Sequence record: MK250021.1
Reading direction: 5' to 3' (one strand)
Length of the DNA: 64,000 nt
Positions 1 through 12,707 of this stretch are shown piece after piece. Below the pieces are notes generated by a model. It was not told the DNA's origin and did no database searches. It saw only the letters and a program-made list of their open reading frames with translations. Made by a program: the position numbers and the translations under genes. Numbering within the stretch: the stretch's first letter is position 1; every line of letters begins with the position of its first letter.

Positions 1-2715
1 AGAAAATATAGAACACCTACTGTTAAAGATACAAATGGAAATAATGTTGAAAATGATATATGGTATGCATTAAAGACATACCCAAAGAATAGTAGTACGT
101 TACCTAATGAAATAAATCCTAATTTACATGGTAATTCTATTACACCAGGATTATATAGTACAAATACTATTCTATATGGAACATCGTTTTTCCCAGCTTT
201 ACCTCATAAAGATTTTGAAAATAATAATGATTATAATATTAGTAAAGTAAATTATTCATTAGGACTATTAAGATGGCCCGTTGGTGAAAACTTAACATTG
301 TTATCATTAGATGATGTAAAGAATTCAATGAATAATCCTAATTTCATTAGTCCTATAACAAATCAAAAAAACTATGCAGATACAAGTGACGAAAATTTAT
401 TTGGTGAAAATGATCCTAATGATATTATTAAAAAAAGTGGCATAGCTCCATTTGGTGTATTACGTATACATACTTCATTAGATACATCAGACGAAAATAA
501 ATACGGTTCATCTATCTATTTTGATATAAAATTATATAGATGTAAAAATTATTATTATATATCTACGGAGAATGCTGATAGTGACGATGCAAATGTTTAT
601 GCATATTTTATGCCAAAGTATACAGATACAACGCCTTATATATCATTACCAATAATTAAATTAAAAAATGATGAAGACAATAGTATAAATAATATTATCA
701 CCGAATTAGATAAAAAATTTAAGGATGGATATATTTACTCAATACCATCTCATACAATTATTACATATTTTACAATTCAAAGTGGAACTGCAAAAACAAT
801 AATATATGCATCTGGTAGAACTGATACTCAAAATAATCTCGGTTCTGATACATATACAAATAAAAATTAGATTACGTTCTATTATTATGTAGAAGATAGC
901 AATGAATGGGTACAAGTAACTGGCGATTATATAAATATTAATTCAAATCCATCTGGAAATAATATAAGTAAACAATATGAAATAACTTTTAATTTATCAC
1001 AAAATTATCATCAATATTGGCGATTTACATTAAATAATATAAATTAGTATTATTATTTTAGATGTAATTATTATGATAAACCAAAAGATAACACATCATT
1101 TATAAATATGACTATACATCATCTTTTTGTATCTGATGAATCTTTAATATAGGGAATGATAGAATATCAATTAGGTATGAGAAACCAACAGGATAAATCT
1201 ACAAATCAAATATCATTAAAATATGCAGTATATAATACAATTACTGATATTAGAAATGATAATGAAAAACCTAATGATAAGTCATCATTATCAATTATAG
1301 AACATGCAATTAATAACGCTGAACAATAGAATGTTATTATATGTATTGATAAAACAATATACATAGAACCTATTGCTTTTAAATCAACAGAACGATATGT
1401 ATCAGAAAAATTTTATGGAAATATATATAGTCCGTTCCATGTAGCATATGAAACAAAATCATTTGATGGTATCTCAGAGTTTAATATACAAAAACAAATA
1501 TATGGATATAATTTTAATTCATGTGCATTATTTGATAAAACTTCAGAATCACGTGTAAAAATAGAAAAACTATATAAAAAAGAAAGTGTAAATGTATATT
1601 TAGCATTTGAACCTATTTATATAATTAATAATGGTAATACATTTAAAGACAATAATGCAAAAGATGAAGATATTATAAATGAGTATTCTACTTATTTTAA
1701 TACATGTTCAATAACAAATATAAAATTAAGCAATAATGGTACAGAACAAACTATTTACAAGAATTCTGGTAATTCAAACAATAATTTTATTAAAAGTATA
1801 TTTTCTAAATCTGTATATATTGACGCAACATCAATATGTATAAGTGTTACAAGTAATAAAACAGAACCAATTTCTTCACTTATATATGATACAACCGATG
1901 GTTTAATAAACGCCTATTTGTTCGATTTTGATATAAAATATTACAAATATAAAAATAATACAGAGAAATTTGAAGAAACAAATAGTGTAAATGTAACAAA
2001 TAAAATATAGTTAATGTAGCTAAATAATACATTAAGAAATATATAGTTGAATGGTGATGAGTAGTATTTAATAAATATTGTTCTTAAAAAATTCAAGGAA
2101 AGATTAAAACATTTTACTATAACTGTAAGTTCAGACGTTCCAGCATTAAATGGTTCATGTCAAATACAAATAAAAACACTTCCTAATGAATATGAAGAAG
2201 GTATTATATCAGAAAATGATACATATCAAAATACTATACAAGTTCCAGAAAATACACAAATACATGTGAAAAATACATATAATTGGGATGAGTATAAAAC
2301 ATATAAATTCCATGGGTTTTCTGTTAATAGTGTAGATAAAGGTAAAGAATTTAATTTAACTGTAACAGAGAATATATAGATATATATGTTTATAGAATAC
2401 GATGGTGGTAATTCTGGTGGTAATTCTGATTCAGGTAGTATTCCTGGTAATGTTACAATTACAGAAGAATCGAATAAAAATGGTAAAATTATATTAACAT
2501 TATCTATTTCATCCTCTGATCAAAATACTTTAATTAGATATGTTACATCAACTTCAAATGTAGAACTAACACCAACATTATCAAATACAAGTATATATTC
2601 AGATTAGCAGAAGTTAGAATTTAATAACGATATAACAATAGCAGCATGTGGTTATAATGCATCAAATTATAAATGGGGTCCAAAGAACTAGAAACACTTT
2701 ACATTAAATGAATAA
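1..2715 (+). CDS. Large virion/tail-fibre-like protein, 5' truncated (code 15)
   Basis: Frame 1 is open from base 1 to TAA 2713-2715 when TAG=Gln; joins track ORFs 298-870 and 2386-2607; N/T/S/Y-rich beta-type composition. Confidence 0.7.
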
Positions 2716-2721
2716 AATATA

Positions 2722-2756
2722 AAAAATCCAAACAACTAGAAATTGTTTGGATTTTT
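2722..2756. terminator. Bidirectional intrinsic terminator
   Basis: AAAAATCCAAACAA-loop-TTGTTTGGATTTTT perfect inverted repeat between convergent genes. Confidence 0.85.
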
Positions 2757-2814
2757 ATATTATAAAAATAATTTATAAAGTTAACAGTGGAATATTTCTT
2801 ATATTTAAAAACAT

Positions 2815-3291
2815 TTAATCAATGCCTAATTTAATACGATTTGAAATAAGATTCCATACCGTATTGGTAATAAAGTTTTCCTTTAGTTTCTTACCAACAG
2901 CAGGTTCAATATCTGACTTAAATGTTTCTACTACATATTTACCATTACCAGTTCTGAAAGCCTCAGTAATAGCTACAAGATTTTTCTTAGTTTGTTTCTC
3001 TATATAAAGACGAATATCTTCCTTAGTAGAGTTAGCACTAAGAGTAATCATATTTTCATTTAAAAGTTTGATGCCTGCCTTGTTAATACCTGTTTTAGGT
3101 GACCAGTATTCGAATACTTTCTTGGCCATTTCTTTTTTCTGATCAGCAGGAAGATCTGACATATTTCCAGTAATCATATATGTCTCCTTAAGTACGTTAA
3201 TAACGGCTACTTTTTGAGATTCATATAATTTCTCACGAGCCTCAAGTACCTATTTTTTACTATTATTATATACTGTACTAAAACTTTTCAT
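2815..3291 (-). CDS. Hypothetical protein, 158 aa (code 15)
   Basis: ATG at 3291 (MKSFSTVYNNSKK*VLEARE) reads through one TAG into track ORF 2815-3177. Confidence 0.8.
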
Positions 3292-3350
3292 TTGCTTGAT
3301 TTAAATGTTTTTATAATTATTATTTTATTTATCTAACTTTTTGTAAAAAA

Positions 3351-3803
3351 TTATTTTCTGATATTCAGAACGAGCTTTGTCTTTCTTGGTATTTTATTTA
3401 AAGCCCGTATGACTATTTTATTTGAAGATTCATCCCATTCGTAATCGCAATTAGGATCTGGATTTTGTTTTGTTATTACATCATAATATTGACAATATCC
3501 GAACGGAATGACATATTTCTCATGTGGAATTACCTCGAAAACAATATCTCGCATATCCTTTGTATAAAGTGAAAGTTTGTCTATTGTCTTTGTTGGGCAG
3601 ATTTCAATAATATCACCCGGATAAAAACATGAATTTGAATAAACAGATTTTCCATCAGAACAAATTTTACATTGATTTAAATTTGTCGGTATCATGTTTA
3701 CTTTCTTTATGTTTTCTCTATTACGAGGTTCTTGTCCATAAAATAATCCATACCATGATTTCTCATTTACAGATTTAAATTTATTATTTGTTCTACGTTC
3801 CAT
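3351..3803 (-). CDS. SET-domain-like protein (degenerate)
   Basis: DGKSVYS..FYPGDIIEICP ... IPFGYCQYY..PNCDYEWD..KIVIRALNKIP follows the bacterial/viral SET pattern; NH(S) motif and terminal Tyr are absent. Confidence 0.6.
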   Translation of the reverse strand: MERRTNNKFKSVNEKSWYGLFYGQEPRNRENIKKVNMIPTNLNQCKICSDGKSVYSNSCFYPGDIIEICPTKTIDKLSLYTKDMRDIVFEVIPHEKYVIPFGYCQYYDVITKQNPDPNCDYEWDESSNKIVIRALNKIPRKTKLVLNIRK

Positions 3804-3846
3804 AATTAAATATATTCTATATATTATTTATTAATGTATTTGAAAA

Positions 3847-5532
3847 TTATTTATTTTCTGCTTTTTGTACAGCAACACTTGCTTTTTCTAATTCTGATTT
3901 TGATGGCATACCTGAATTATTTTCAACTGTATTATCTACATTACCTTTAGTTCCATCATTTTCATCCTATACTTCTTCGTTATTATTCTTATATAATGAA
4001 TCAGCTAAATCTTTCAATGTTGCGTCTGTACCCATCTTCTTTTCTATATATTTCTTTGCTTTATCTATTAAATTTTCATCATTCTATTCTTCATCTTCAA
4101 AAAGATAAATATCAGAATTTCTATAAAACAATATAGATTCAACTTTTATTTTTTTAATAAAATATAATAAAGTATAGAATACAGATAGCTCTTCATATGG
4201 TTTCTAATTAGATATATACTATAATAATACATTATATATTTCTCCATAAATATTTATATTTTCATTATTATTAGTTACTTTAAAATTTTTAAAAAATAAT
4301 AATATATCTTTATTTTTATCACTTACTAATAATTTAAATGAACTAAAAAAAGTATTAACATCAGTATTAATAATCTATACTTTAAAGTTGGTAATATTCT
4401 AATTAAGTAATTCCTAAAATTCATTAATAATATGTTCACCAATACTTAATGTATCTTTTGTTCCTTCAGTATTATTATGTGCATTTAATACTTTATTATT
4501 TGTATAAAATAAGTTAAATACATCTTTGGCATATATTTCTTTTGTTATTAATTTCTTTGAATTTTCATCTTTATCAATAACTACTGTAATTTTTTGAGTA
4601 TTAACTGTACTTTTTATTTTTTCTATAATATTTTTAATATCATCCTAAGACTATGTTAATGAAATTAATGTATCAGATAATATCTTATTCCAATTAGTGA
4701 ACTATTCATTTGTTATAATATCCAAATTTTGAATATTCTTTAAAAATTCTTCTACTGTTAACTTATTTGTTTTAAATATATTTTTATCGACATTAATTTT
4801 TTTATTTACAAAGACATCTTTTATATGACCATTTTGTATATCTATATTTGATATATTCTATTTAAAATAATTAACAAAATCATCATCGTTATTTCCTTTT
4901 ATATATGTTAATAATGTAGAATATATATCTTTATATTTTTGTGTATTTACATTATTCTATACATCCTAATTATTTAACTATTTGTATATAATAGACGGAA
5001 TATCAAACTATGAAAATTTATCATCAAACAATTTACTATAACATCCTATAAAATTATTATTAAATATAAATGATAAAATACTTATTAATGATTTTTGATT
5101 TATCATATTATTAAATGTAGAAATAAACTAAGACATTTCTTCATCTGTTATTGGTTCTATATCATATAATTTATCTTTATCTATATCTGTTGTATTATTC
5201 TATATAATATATTTTATTATAACTTTATATGCGATATTATTACTATCATCCTAATTTAATTGAATATTATTTTTAAATATATCATCATTATTTATAATTT
5301 GCTATATTTTCTCTATTATTTCATTATTAGGTTCAAGATATACATCTAATGGATTTATACTACACTTCCTAAAAAAACTATTTAAATTAACAGCTTTATT
5401 TTTTAAATCTGTATTTGTATTGTTATCATCATTTAATTCATTTATAATATTATTAAATTCGTTGAATAAATCATTTGATAACATATTATGATATACTATA
5501 TTATATATTATATTATCTATTTGCTATAGCAT
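3847..5532 (-). CDS. Hypothetical N/D/I/K-rich protein, ~561 aa (code 15)
   Basis: ATG 5532 (ML*QIDNIIYN), same frame as track ORF 5302-5484, many TAGs, TAA at 3847-3849. Confidence 0.7.
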
Positions 5533-5545
5533 AATTTATATTCAT

Positions 5546-8182
5546 TTAATTTTTATTATTTTTTGAGTTATTCAATATATTTAATAACTACGCATATGTA
5601 TATAAAGTTTCTTGCTCTTCTTGTTGCTTCTTTAATTCATCAGAAGATTCTTTTGTAATAGGATATTTATCCGTATATAATTTTATCAAATAAAATATCT
5701 ATTTATAATAAAGCATTACAGCTAATAAATTTGGATATTGTACTGTTAAAAATTCCTATATAGACTTATATATGCAGCTATTTCCATTATCTCCAGTTAT
5801 TGAACGTATGCGTGATTCTATTCTATCATCCAAATCATCTGCATAACGTGCCCAAATGTTTTGAAGACTTGCTGCTCTAACAGGATGCTTAGAAAGAGCG
5901 GCTTTAAACTTATCTCCCAATGTAGACTATGCAGACTATGACGTTCTACAAATCAATCCTATTTTTTCTGTAATTTCTTTATCTGCTGCTTCTTTTAATT
6001 TCTTCATTCTATCTCGAGCATTCTTAATAATATACCATTCTTCTGGATTACCATAACTGGTAATAATTCCTGTAATCTCACGTGTTAAATTGTCTTTAAC
6101 AAATTTATATGTCTGCTCATTTCCTTTTTCCAACTATGATATAATCTCATCTGAATCTTTAACTTGTTCATTTTCAAACAAAGAGTTATATGTAAAACCA
6201 TACTTATCATTATAAGTAAATATAGATATTGATTCATCCTTTAAATTTAATGAATCGGAAATTTTCTTTAATTCATCATATTTACTATAAGATGTATATT
6301 TTGCAATTATAAGTTCTAAATCTTTATTTCTAGAATCAGTATCTCTTATTTTATCATTTAAACGTTTTTTAAATTCATTTAATTTTTTCTAATCAGATAT
6401 ACCTATTTTCTATATAAACTAATTAGATGATGTCCATGATATAATAATTGCGCATTTTCTTGCAACTTCACTGAATTCTCTCCAACCATTTAAGTCTTTT
6501 TGATATTCATTATCCATTATTTGCTTTAATACGGCATCTTCTTTCTTCATATATTTGTCCATATTACCTTCTGACGCATTATTCATATCTGTAACTTTCT
6601 GTGCAAAATTACTCATCTCTTTAGTACCATTATTGCCACAAATTGATTTCATCAATGTTGTTACAATAGGTATACTACTACGTACATAATTATCTATTGC
6701 ATCAATTAAATTTCCGTTAAATGCAGATGCTTCATTCTCAACACGTTTTTTTGTTTCCTAATCTAATTCACTACCTAAAACAGATGTTGAATCTAAATCT
6801 CCAGTTAATGGACCACTTAAAGAAACACCTTTAGTTTTATCTAATCCATCTTCATTTTCAACTTCAAATAATGATAATACATTATTTAAATTTGTAAAAT
6901 ATGATTCATTTTTTAATGTTTCATATTTTACAATATCATCTAATTTTACATGTTTTTTATTAAAATATTTCAATCCAATATCTGATGCTTTATCCTATAT
7001 AATTTCTTTTGTTGGTTTCATAAACAATGATCCATTCGGATTTTCATTTGCTTTAGTAGGATAATCAATATTAGACATTAACATCGCATAATTTGTTGGT
7101 AATGATGGTAACATTAATAATGACTTATTAAATCTTTTTTCATTAACTTTTATTGGTAATAATTTCTTTGTACCTTCATTTATATATGCACTTTCACCTT
7201 CCTATGAAACACCATTAACAATTTCAAAAAATTGTCCCAATCCAGAATCATCAGTAGGTTCATCACCAGAAGTTATGCTATTAAAATTAGTTAAACTAGG
7301 TGATAAGAATCCCAATCTATGAATACATTGTGTATATAAACATGCCATATTTCTCTCTGCAGTTTCCTAAATAGTTCTAAAGCATGCCTTATTATAATCG
7401 CCTGTATTCTACTTATTTTTCCTTCCAGGTAATAAGAATGAATACCATGGACGTTTCTTATTAACACCTGAATCTGTAAGTTCAACAAGTTTATTCATAT
7501 ACTGTTTAAGTTTCATCATCGCTAATCTATCCTTACCTTTCATAAACAACCATGCGATAATTCCCAATAAACCTGTTAATAAACCTGCACTTAATTTCAA
7601 AATCCAAGAACAATCCATCCACCAATCAGCAGAATGTCCTTCCGCTTCATTCAAACTATGGAGATCTGGATCATTCATAACATATTCAAAAATATTCTTT
7701 TTAATATTATTATATTCATCTAATCCTACTTCGGCAATAAGTTCCTTATCAAATAACTCATCAAACTAAGATTCGAATAGCATCTCATCCATCATCTGCT
7801 TTATTTGACGTTTTTCTTCCTCTGTATATTCATTAGATAATTTCATATCTTGAATATCTTCATATGTTATTTCATCCTCATTATCTATATTTGTTTCTTC
7901 AGATTCTCCTAAATGACATGGCATTGTACCATAATATTCACCGCAATTACTGCATATGTATATTGGTTCGCCTTGTATCTTTAATACAACAGTACCACCA
8001 CATTTTGGACATATATCTGGAACAACTTTACCTTCATCATTATAAACTACTTTTTTCTTTTTAGATTCTTGAAGTTTTTTCATTTCAGGACATAATCCGG
8101 AATGTTCATACTCATATATTTTTCTATCTTCAGGACTAAGTAAACTTAAACGTTCTTTTGATAATTTTCTTGGAAATTTCAT
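5546..8182 (-). CDS. Large protein, ~878 aa, with N-terminal Zn ribbon (CPKC...CSNC) and one hydrophobic helix (code 15)
   Basis: Track ORFs 7766-8182, 7409-7678, 6758-6973, 6419-6655 and 5936-6133 share one frame and are separated by TAG; TAA at 5546-5548. Confidence 0.75.
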
Positions 8183-8307
8183 TTATATTAAAAACATTGT
8201 TTTCATATTTATTATTAAAAATATATATTATTAAATTTAATCTTACTTATATAATAAAACATTTAATATATTTTTTAATATAATTATATAATTATAAATA
8301 TATTTTT

Positions 8308-9237
8308 ATGAAAGCAAAACCTATTATAAAATGGGTTGGAGGTAAAACCCAATTATTAGATGAAATAAATAAAAATTTACCAGATAATTTGGATAAAATA
8401 GAAACATATATGGAACCATTCATTGGTGGTGGTGCTGTATTATTTGATATTGTTCCTAAATTACCTAATGTAAAACATGTTCTTATCAATGATTTAAATT
8501 ATAAATTAACTAATTTATATAACGTTGTTAAAAATAAACACGAAGAATTAATAAAGCAACTTAATATATTTCAAGAACAATATAGAATGTCAGATAATCC
8601 TAAGGAATTTTATTATAATATAAGAAAATCATTTAATACTTATAAAAAAGATATTAATTTAAACTTATCACCAATATCTTCTGATAATTTAAATGTATTA
8701 AATGCATCTGAATTTATATTTTTAAATAAGACATGTTTTAATGGGTTATATAGAGAAAATTCAAAAGGAGATTTTAATGTGCCATGGAATAGAAATACAA
8801 AAGTATGTATATGTGATGAAGAAAATATAAACGCAGTACATGATTTTTTTATTAAATATAATGTTAAAATATTTAATAATCCTTATAATGTATTTTTCAC
8901 AGCAAAAAGAGAATATACATATAAGTTACGAACATTTATTTATATGGATCCCCCATATAGACCTATTACAAAATCTTCAGCTTTTACTGCATATACAAAA
9001 TCAGGGTTTAATGATAAAAAGCAAGAAGATTTAAAAATATGGTATGATGTATATAATAGCTCATGTGCTTATATATTATTAAGTAATTCAGATCCAAAAA
9101 ATTCTGATCCTAATGATAATTTCTTTGATGATTTATATTCTGGTTATAATATTGTCAGAGTAAAAGCAAAGCGTTCTATTAATTCAAAAGGATCTAGAAG
9201 AGGTGAAATTACAGAAATTCTCGTGAAGAATTATTAA
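8308..9237 (+). CDS. dam: DNA adenine methyltransferase (Dam/D12 class)
   Basis: KWVGGK, EPFIGGGAV, LNKTCFNGLYRENSKG.FNVP, YMDPPY, LSNSD motifs; no TAG. Confidence 0.93.
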   Translation: MKAKPIIKWVGGKTQLLDEINKNLPDNLDKIETYMEPFIGGGAVLFDIVPKLPNVKHVLINDLNYKLTNLYNVVKNKHEELIKQLNIFQEQYRMSDNPKEFYYNIRKSFNTYKKDINLNLSPISSDNLNVLNASEFIFLNKTCFNGLYRENSKGDFNVPWNRNTKVCICDEENINAVHDFFIKYNVKIFNNPYNVFFTAKREYTYKLRTFIYMDPPYRPITKSSAFTAYTKSGFNDKKQEDLKIWYDVYNSSCAYILLSNSDPKNSDPNDNFFDDLYSGYNIVRVKAKRSINSKGSRRGEITEILVKNY

Positions 9238-9266
9238 TTGATAAATAAAGAAACTTTTTTATTTAT

Positions 9267-10259
9267 ATGAATTTTATACATGACTTAAATGAGTAGAATA
9301 ATATATTAAGTTATAATGAAATTTTAATATCAGTTAATAATATAAATGAAGAATATCATGAAGTAACAAATTTTGATAAAATGATAAAAGATGTTTCTTC
9401 ATAGATATTCTATTCAAATTATCAAGATTTTTATACAGGTTGGAATTGGTTTATAAAAGAGCAAACATGCTTAAAAACAAATACAGAATATAAAACAGAT
9501 TCAACAAAATATAATGATAATATTGGATGTCCAATATATATTAAATTCGTAGATTTAGGAGTCAATACATATTTTTCTGTTGAAATGAGAGATAAATCAT
9601 TTAATATACCAATATATGTAAATAAACATTATAATTTATCTATTAAAGAATACGCATATAAATTAAAACATGAAATTACACATATACGTACAATGTATTC
9701 TAATATAGACTATAATCCATTAGATTCATTGAAAAATAAATCATCTTGCATTGATAAAAATTACTTATAGTTAATAGATAAAAAACAATTTTCATTTATA
9801 TATAATGTTTGTTATTTATTATCACCAACTGAGCAACAAGCGCGTATAAATGAATATATTGAATTCATTAAATCTTATATAAAAGATAATGATATTGATA
9901 ATGCAAATTCACATAAATTAATTAAAGAAATTATTGAAAAAGGTTATGAACATACATTGTTAAAAGACTTCTTTGATATAGTTGAAAAATTAGAATTTAT
10001 GGTAAATGTATAGATTTATATATAGGTTATATCTTTAGGCTATGTATTACAAAAATATAATTTATTTAAATCAAATATAACTGACAATGATTTAATAAGA
10101 TTAAATACAACAAAAATAGGTGTAATTTATAAATATATAGATCAAGATGAAGAAAATTCATATAAGATATTAAAGTTTTTAAAGAATAATTTAAATGATT
10201 ATTATTCTAAATTAAAGAATGTAACATATAAAGTTTTAAAAGAAAATAACATAATTTAA
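9267..10259 (+). CDS. HExxH zincin-like protein, 330 aa (code 15)
   Basis: ATG 9267, in frame with track ORF 9585-9770; LKHEITHI and LSPTEQQARINE; TAA 10257-10259. Confidence 0.7.
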
Positions 10260-10267
10260 ATAATATA

Positions 10268-10741
10268 ATGAATACTAATTTAAATGGTGGATGTTTATCA
10301 CCAAACGAACAAATTATAATTAAAGATGGCCTCATCTTTATGTCTGATATTACAGAAGGAACTAAAGTATTATCACATGATGGAGAATATCATGTAGTTA
10401 CGAATGTATGGAAATTTGAAAAACCAACATATTATGTTTCACTTTCAAATGGTGATCATATTGAATGTTCAAATACACATAGATTCCTTATTAATAAGAA
10501 TAAGATTGATAAAGAATCTTCATGGAAAACAGCTGAAGAACTTCATGATGGAGATGAGATTTTCCAAATGAATCTCATTAATATTGATCCAAATGAGAAG
10601 ATTAAATTTAATAAGTTGAAGATTGCCCGAATTTTCAAATCAGGAATTAATAATCCTGTGGTTGACATTACAGTAAAAGATACACATACATATATCTCTG
10701 CGAACGGTATTGTCAATCATAATTCAGGATCTAATTTCTAA
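10268..10741 (+). CDS. Stand-alone mini-intein/Hint protein with 8-aa and 5-aa exteins
   Basis: GG|CLSPNEQI (block A), IECSNTHRFL (block B), VVDITV (block F), NGIVNHN|S (block G, +1 Ser); no homing endonuclease. Confidence 0.9.
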   Translation: MNTNLNGGCLSPNEQIIIKDGLIFMSDITEGTKVLSHDGEYHVVTNVWKFEKPTYYVSLSNGDHIECSNTHRFLINKNKIDKESSWKTAEELHDGDEIFQMNLINIDPNEKIKFNKLKIARIFKSGINNPVVDITVKDTHTYISANGIVNHNSGSNF

Positions 10742-11145
10742 TGGATTATAAAAATACATATTTAAAACCAGAAATTGCTTTTCTTCTCAAAAAACATCAT
10801 TATGATATTTCAAAAACTAGATATATGATTAACAGGGATGGTGTGATAATTGAGTCTACCCCTGATTTAGATAAACATTATAATCATCTTGAACTTGCAT
10901 ATAATCCTAACGCAAATGAAGTAATTAATTATTTTAAATCAAAAGGAATAATTATTCATATAAATGAAATAAAAGAAAATAAATGGGAATGGATTATAAC
11001 ATTCAATAATAATGATAAAGCAATATATTCTGGTGAAACAGCAAATGGAAATTTAGGGCATAATCTTCCGGAATCACGACAATATTTCAATAATGAAATA
11101 GATGCATATAACGATTGCATAATTGAATTAATAATTATAATTTAA
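10741..11145 (+). CDS. Hypothetical protein
   Basis: 134-aa ORF coupled to the intein gene by a TAATG overlap. Confidence 0.75.
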   Translation: MDYKNTYLKPEIAFLLKKHHYDISKTRYMINRDGVIIESTPDLDKHYNHLELAYNPNANEVINYFKSKGIIIHINEIKENKWEWIITFNNNDKAIYSGETANGNLGHNLPESRQYFNNEIDAYNDCIIELIIII

Positions 11146-11153
11146 AACAATAT

Positions 11154-11186
11154 GAGACTATAGAAATAAACTATAGTCTCTTTTTT
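11154..11186 (+). terminator. Intrinsic terminator
   Basis: GAGACTATAG-aaataaa-CTATAGTCTC followed by a T tract. Confidence 0.85.
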
Positions 11187-11201
11187 ATTTAAAATAAAAA
11201 T

Positions 11202-11212
11202 ATGTATCTTTG
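11202..11212 (+). promoter_or_regulatory. Bacteroidetes-type -7 promoter element (TAnnTTTG)
   Basis: ATGTATCTTTG ~20 nt upstream of cca; the same 11-mer occurs at 29667 and 35503. Confidence 0.6.
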
Positions 11213-11231
11213 AAAAATAAAAAGAATAATT

Positions 11232-12503
11232 ATGGATAATAAAACATATTTAGTAATAAAAGATTATCTACGTATCATAATTAAAGATACTGAATTTGAA
11301 GATAATTTATTTGCTGTTGGTGGATGTTGTAGAGATGAAATCCTCGGTAATGATATTAAAGATTTAGATCTTGTTGTATCACTTAATAATGGCGGTATTA
11401 AATTTGCAGAATGGTTAGAGAAAAATCATTATACAAAAGGAACCATTGTAACATATCCTCGTTTTGGAACTGCAATGTTTAGACTTAAAGATTTTCCAGA
11501 TGAAGAATTAGAAGTTGTTCAAACAAGAACAGAAATTTATAATTCAGATTCAAGAAAACCAACTACAACATATGGAAGTCTTAAAGAAGACTGTATGCGT
11601 CGAGATTTAACTATCAATGCAATTTATTATGATATATCAAACAGTAAAATGATTGATGTATGTGGTAGGTCATTTGATGATATTAAAAATAAAGTAATTG
11701 TTACTCCATGTGACCCGGATAAAACATATATTGATGATCCTCTTAGAATTATGAGGTGTATTAGGTTCTCATGTAAGTTAGGTTGGGATATTGATAAAAA
11801 TGTATTTGAAAGTATGAAAAGAAATGTAGATAGATTATCTATTATTTCAAAAGAAAGAATTAAAGATGAAGTTATGAAAATCTTTAAGTCTAATAATACG
11901 TTAAAAGGATTATGTTATATTAGAGATATTAATGCGATGAAATATATATTTCCTAATATGAGTATGTATTGTGGACCTACATGTATTGAAAATAATTTTA
12001 AAAATATTGATACATTAAAAGATCCATATGTAAAACTTACTGTATTTAATCATAGTAATCCTGATTTAGATAAACAATTATATGAACTTAAATTTTCAAC
12101 TAATGAAATAAGAATTATTCTTAATTATATAAAATTATTTAACTATTCTATACATTGTAATACATTAAGTGATATTAGAGAAATTCTTTATCTTTGTAAA
12201 TCAAAAGACGTATTTAACAATGTATATGATATGTATAAAGTTATAGGATTTCATAAAAGATATATTGAATATGCACATAATAATATAGATACAGATGAAT
12301 CATTATCTATAATGTTTAAATATAAGTTTTCTTTAAATGGTAATGATATTATGAATATATTTGATATTCATCCAAGTCCTGAAGTTAAAGAACTTATAGA
12401 TAAGATGCATGAGTTTGTATATGAGAATCCATATCTTACAAAAGATGAACTTATTGAAAAGTTAAAAATATATAAAGAAACAAAATCTGATGAACAATGG
12501 TAA
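11232..12503 (+). CDS. cca: CCA-adding tRNA nucleotidyltransferase / poly(A) polymerase family
   Basis: AVGGCCRD..DLDL, EDCMRRDLTINAI, DDPLRIMRCIRF, ISKERIKDE; no TAG. Confidence 0.9.
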   Translation: MDNKTYLVIKDYLRIIIKDTEFEDNLFAVGGCCRDEILGNDIKDLDLVVSLNNGGIKFAEWLEKNHYTKGTIVTYPRFGTAMFRLKDFPDEELEVVQTRTEIYNSDSRKPTTTYGSLKEDCMRRDLTINAIYYDISNSKMIDVCGRSFDDIKNKVIVTPCDPDKTYIDDPLRIMRCIRFSCKLGWDIDKNVFESMKRNVDRLSIISKERIKDEVMKIFKSNNTLKGLCYIRDINAMKYIFPNMSMYCGPTCIENNFKNIDTLKDPYVKLTVFNHSNPDLDKQLYELKFSTNEIRIILNYIKLFNYSIHCNTLSDIREILYLCKSKDVFNNVYDMYKVIGFHKRYIEYAHNNIDTDESLSIMFKYKFSLNGNDIMNIFDIHPSPEVKELIDKMHEFVYENPYLTKDELIEKLKIYKETKSDEQW

Positions 12504-12552
12504 TATTTACCATTATAATAAAAAGAATTATTAACTAAAATATATAAGAATT

Positions 12553-12702
12553 ATGAATTTAAATATTTCTCAAAGAGAAGGAATTAAGAAGTGCCTTTAT
12601 CAAGATTTGAAAAAGATGTATGACGCATTTATTAAAACTGATAAGGATGAAGTGGAAAAAGTGTTTAATGAATTTATTGATAAATGTGAACGTTATATTT
12701 AA
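12553..12702 (+). CDS. Small hypothetical protein, 49 aa
   Basis: MNLNISQREGIKKCLY...; fills the gap in a tightly packed + strand operon. Confidence 0.55.
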   Translation: MNLNISQREGIKKCLYQDLKKMYDAFIKTDKDEVEKVFNEFIDKCERYI

Positions 12703-12707
12703 TAATT

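Noticed and set aside
8308-9237. Dam as part of a linked restriction-modification pair
   Set aside because: Flanking genes are not nucleases; orphan Dam is common in large phages
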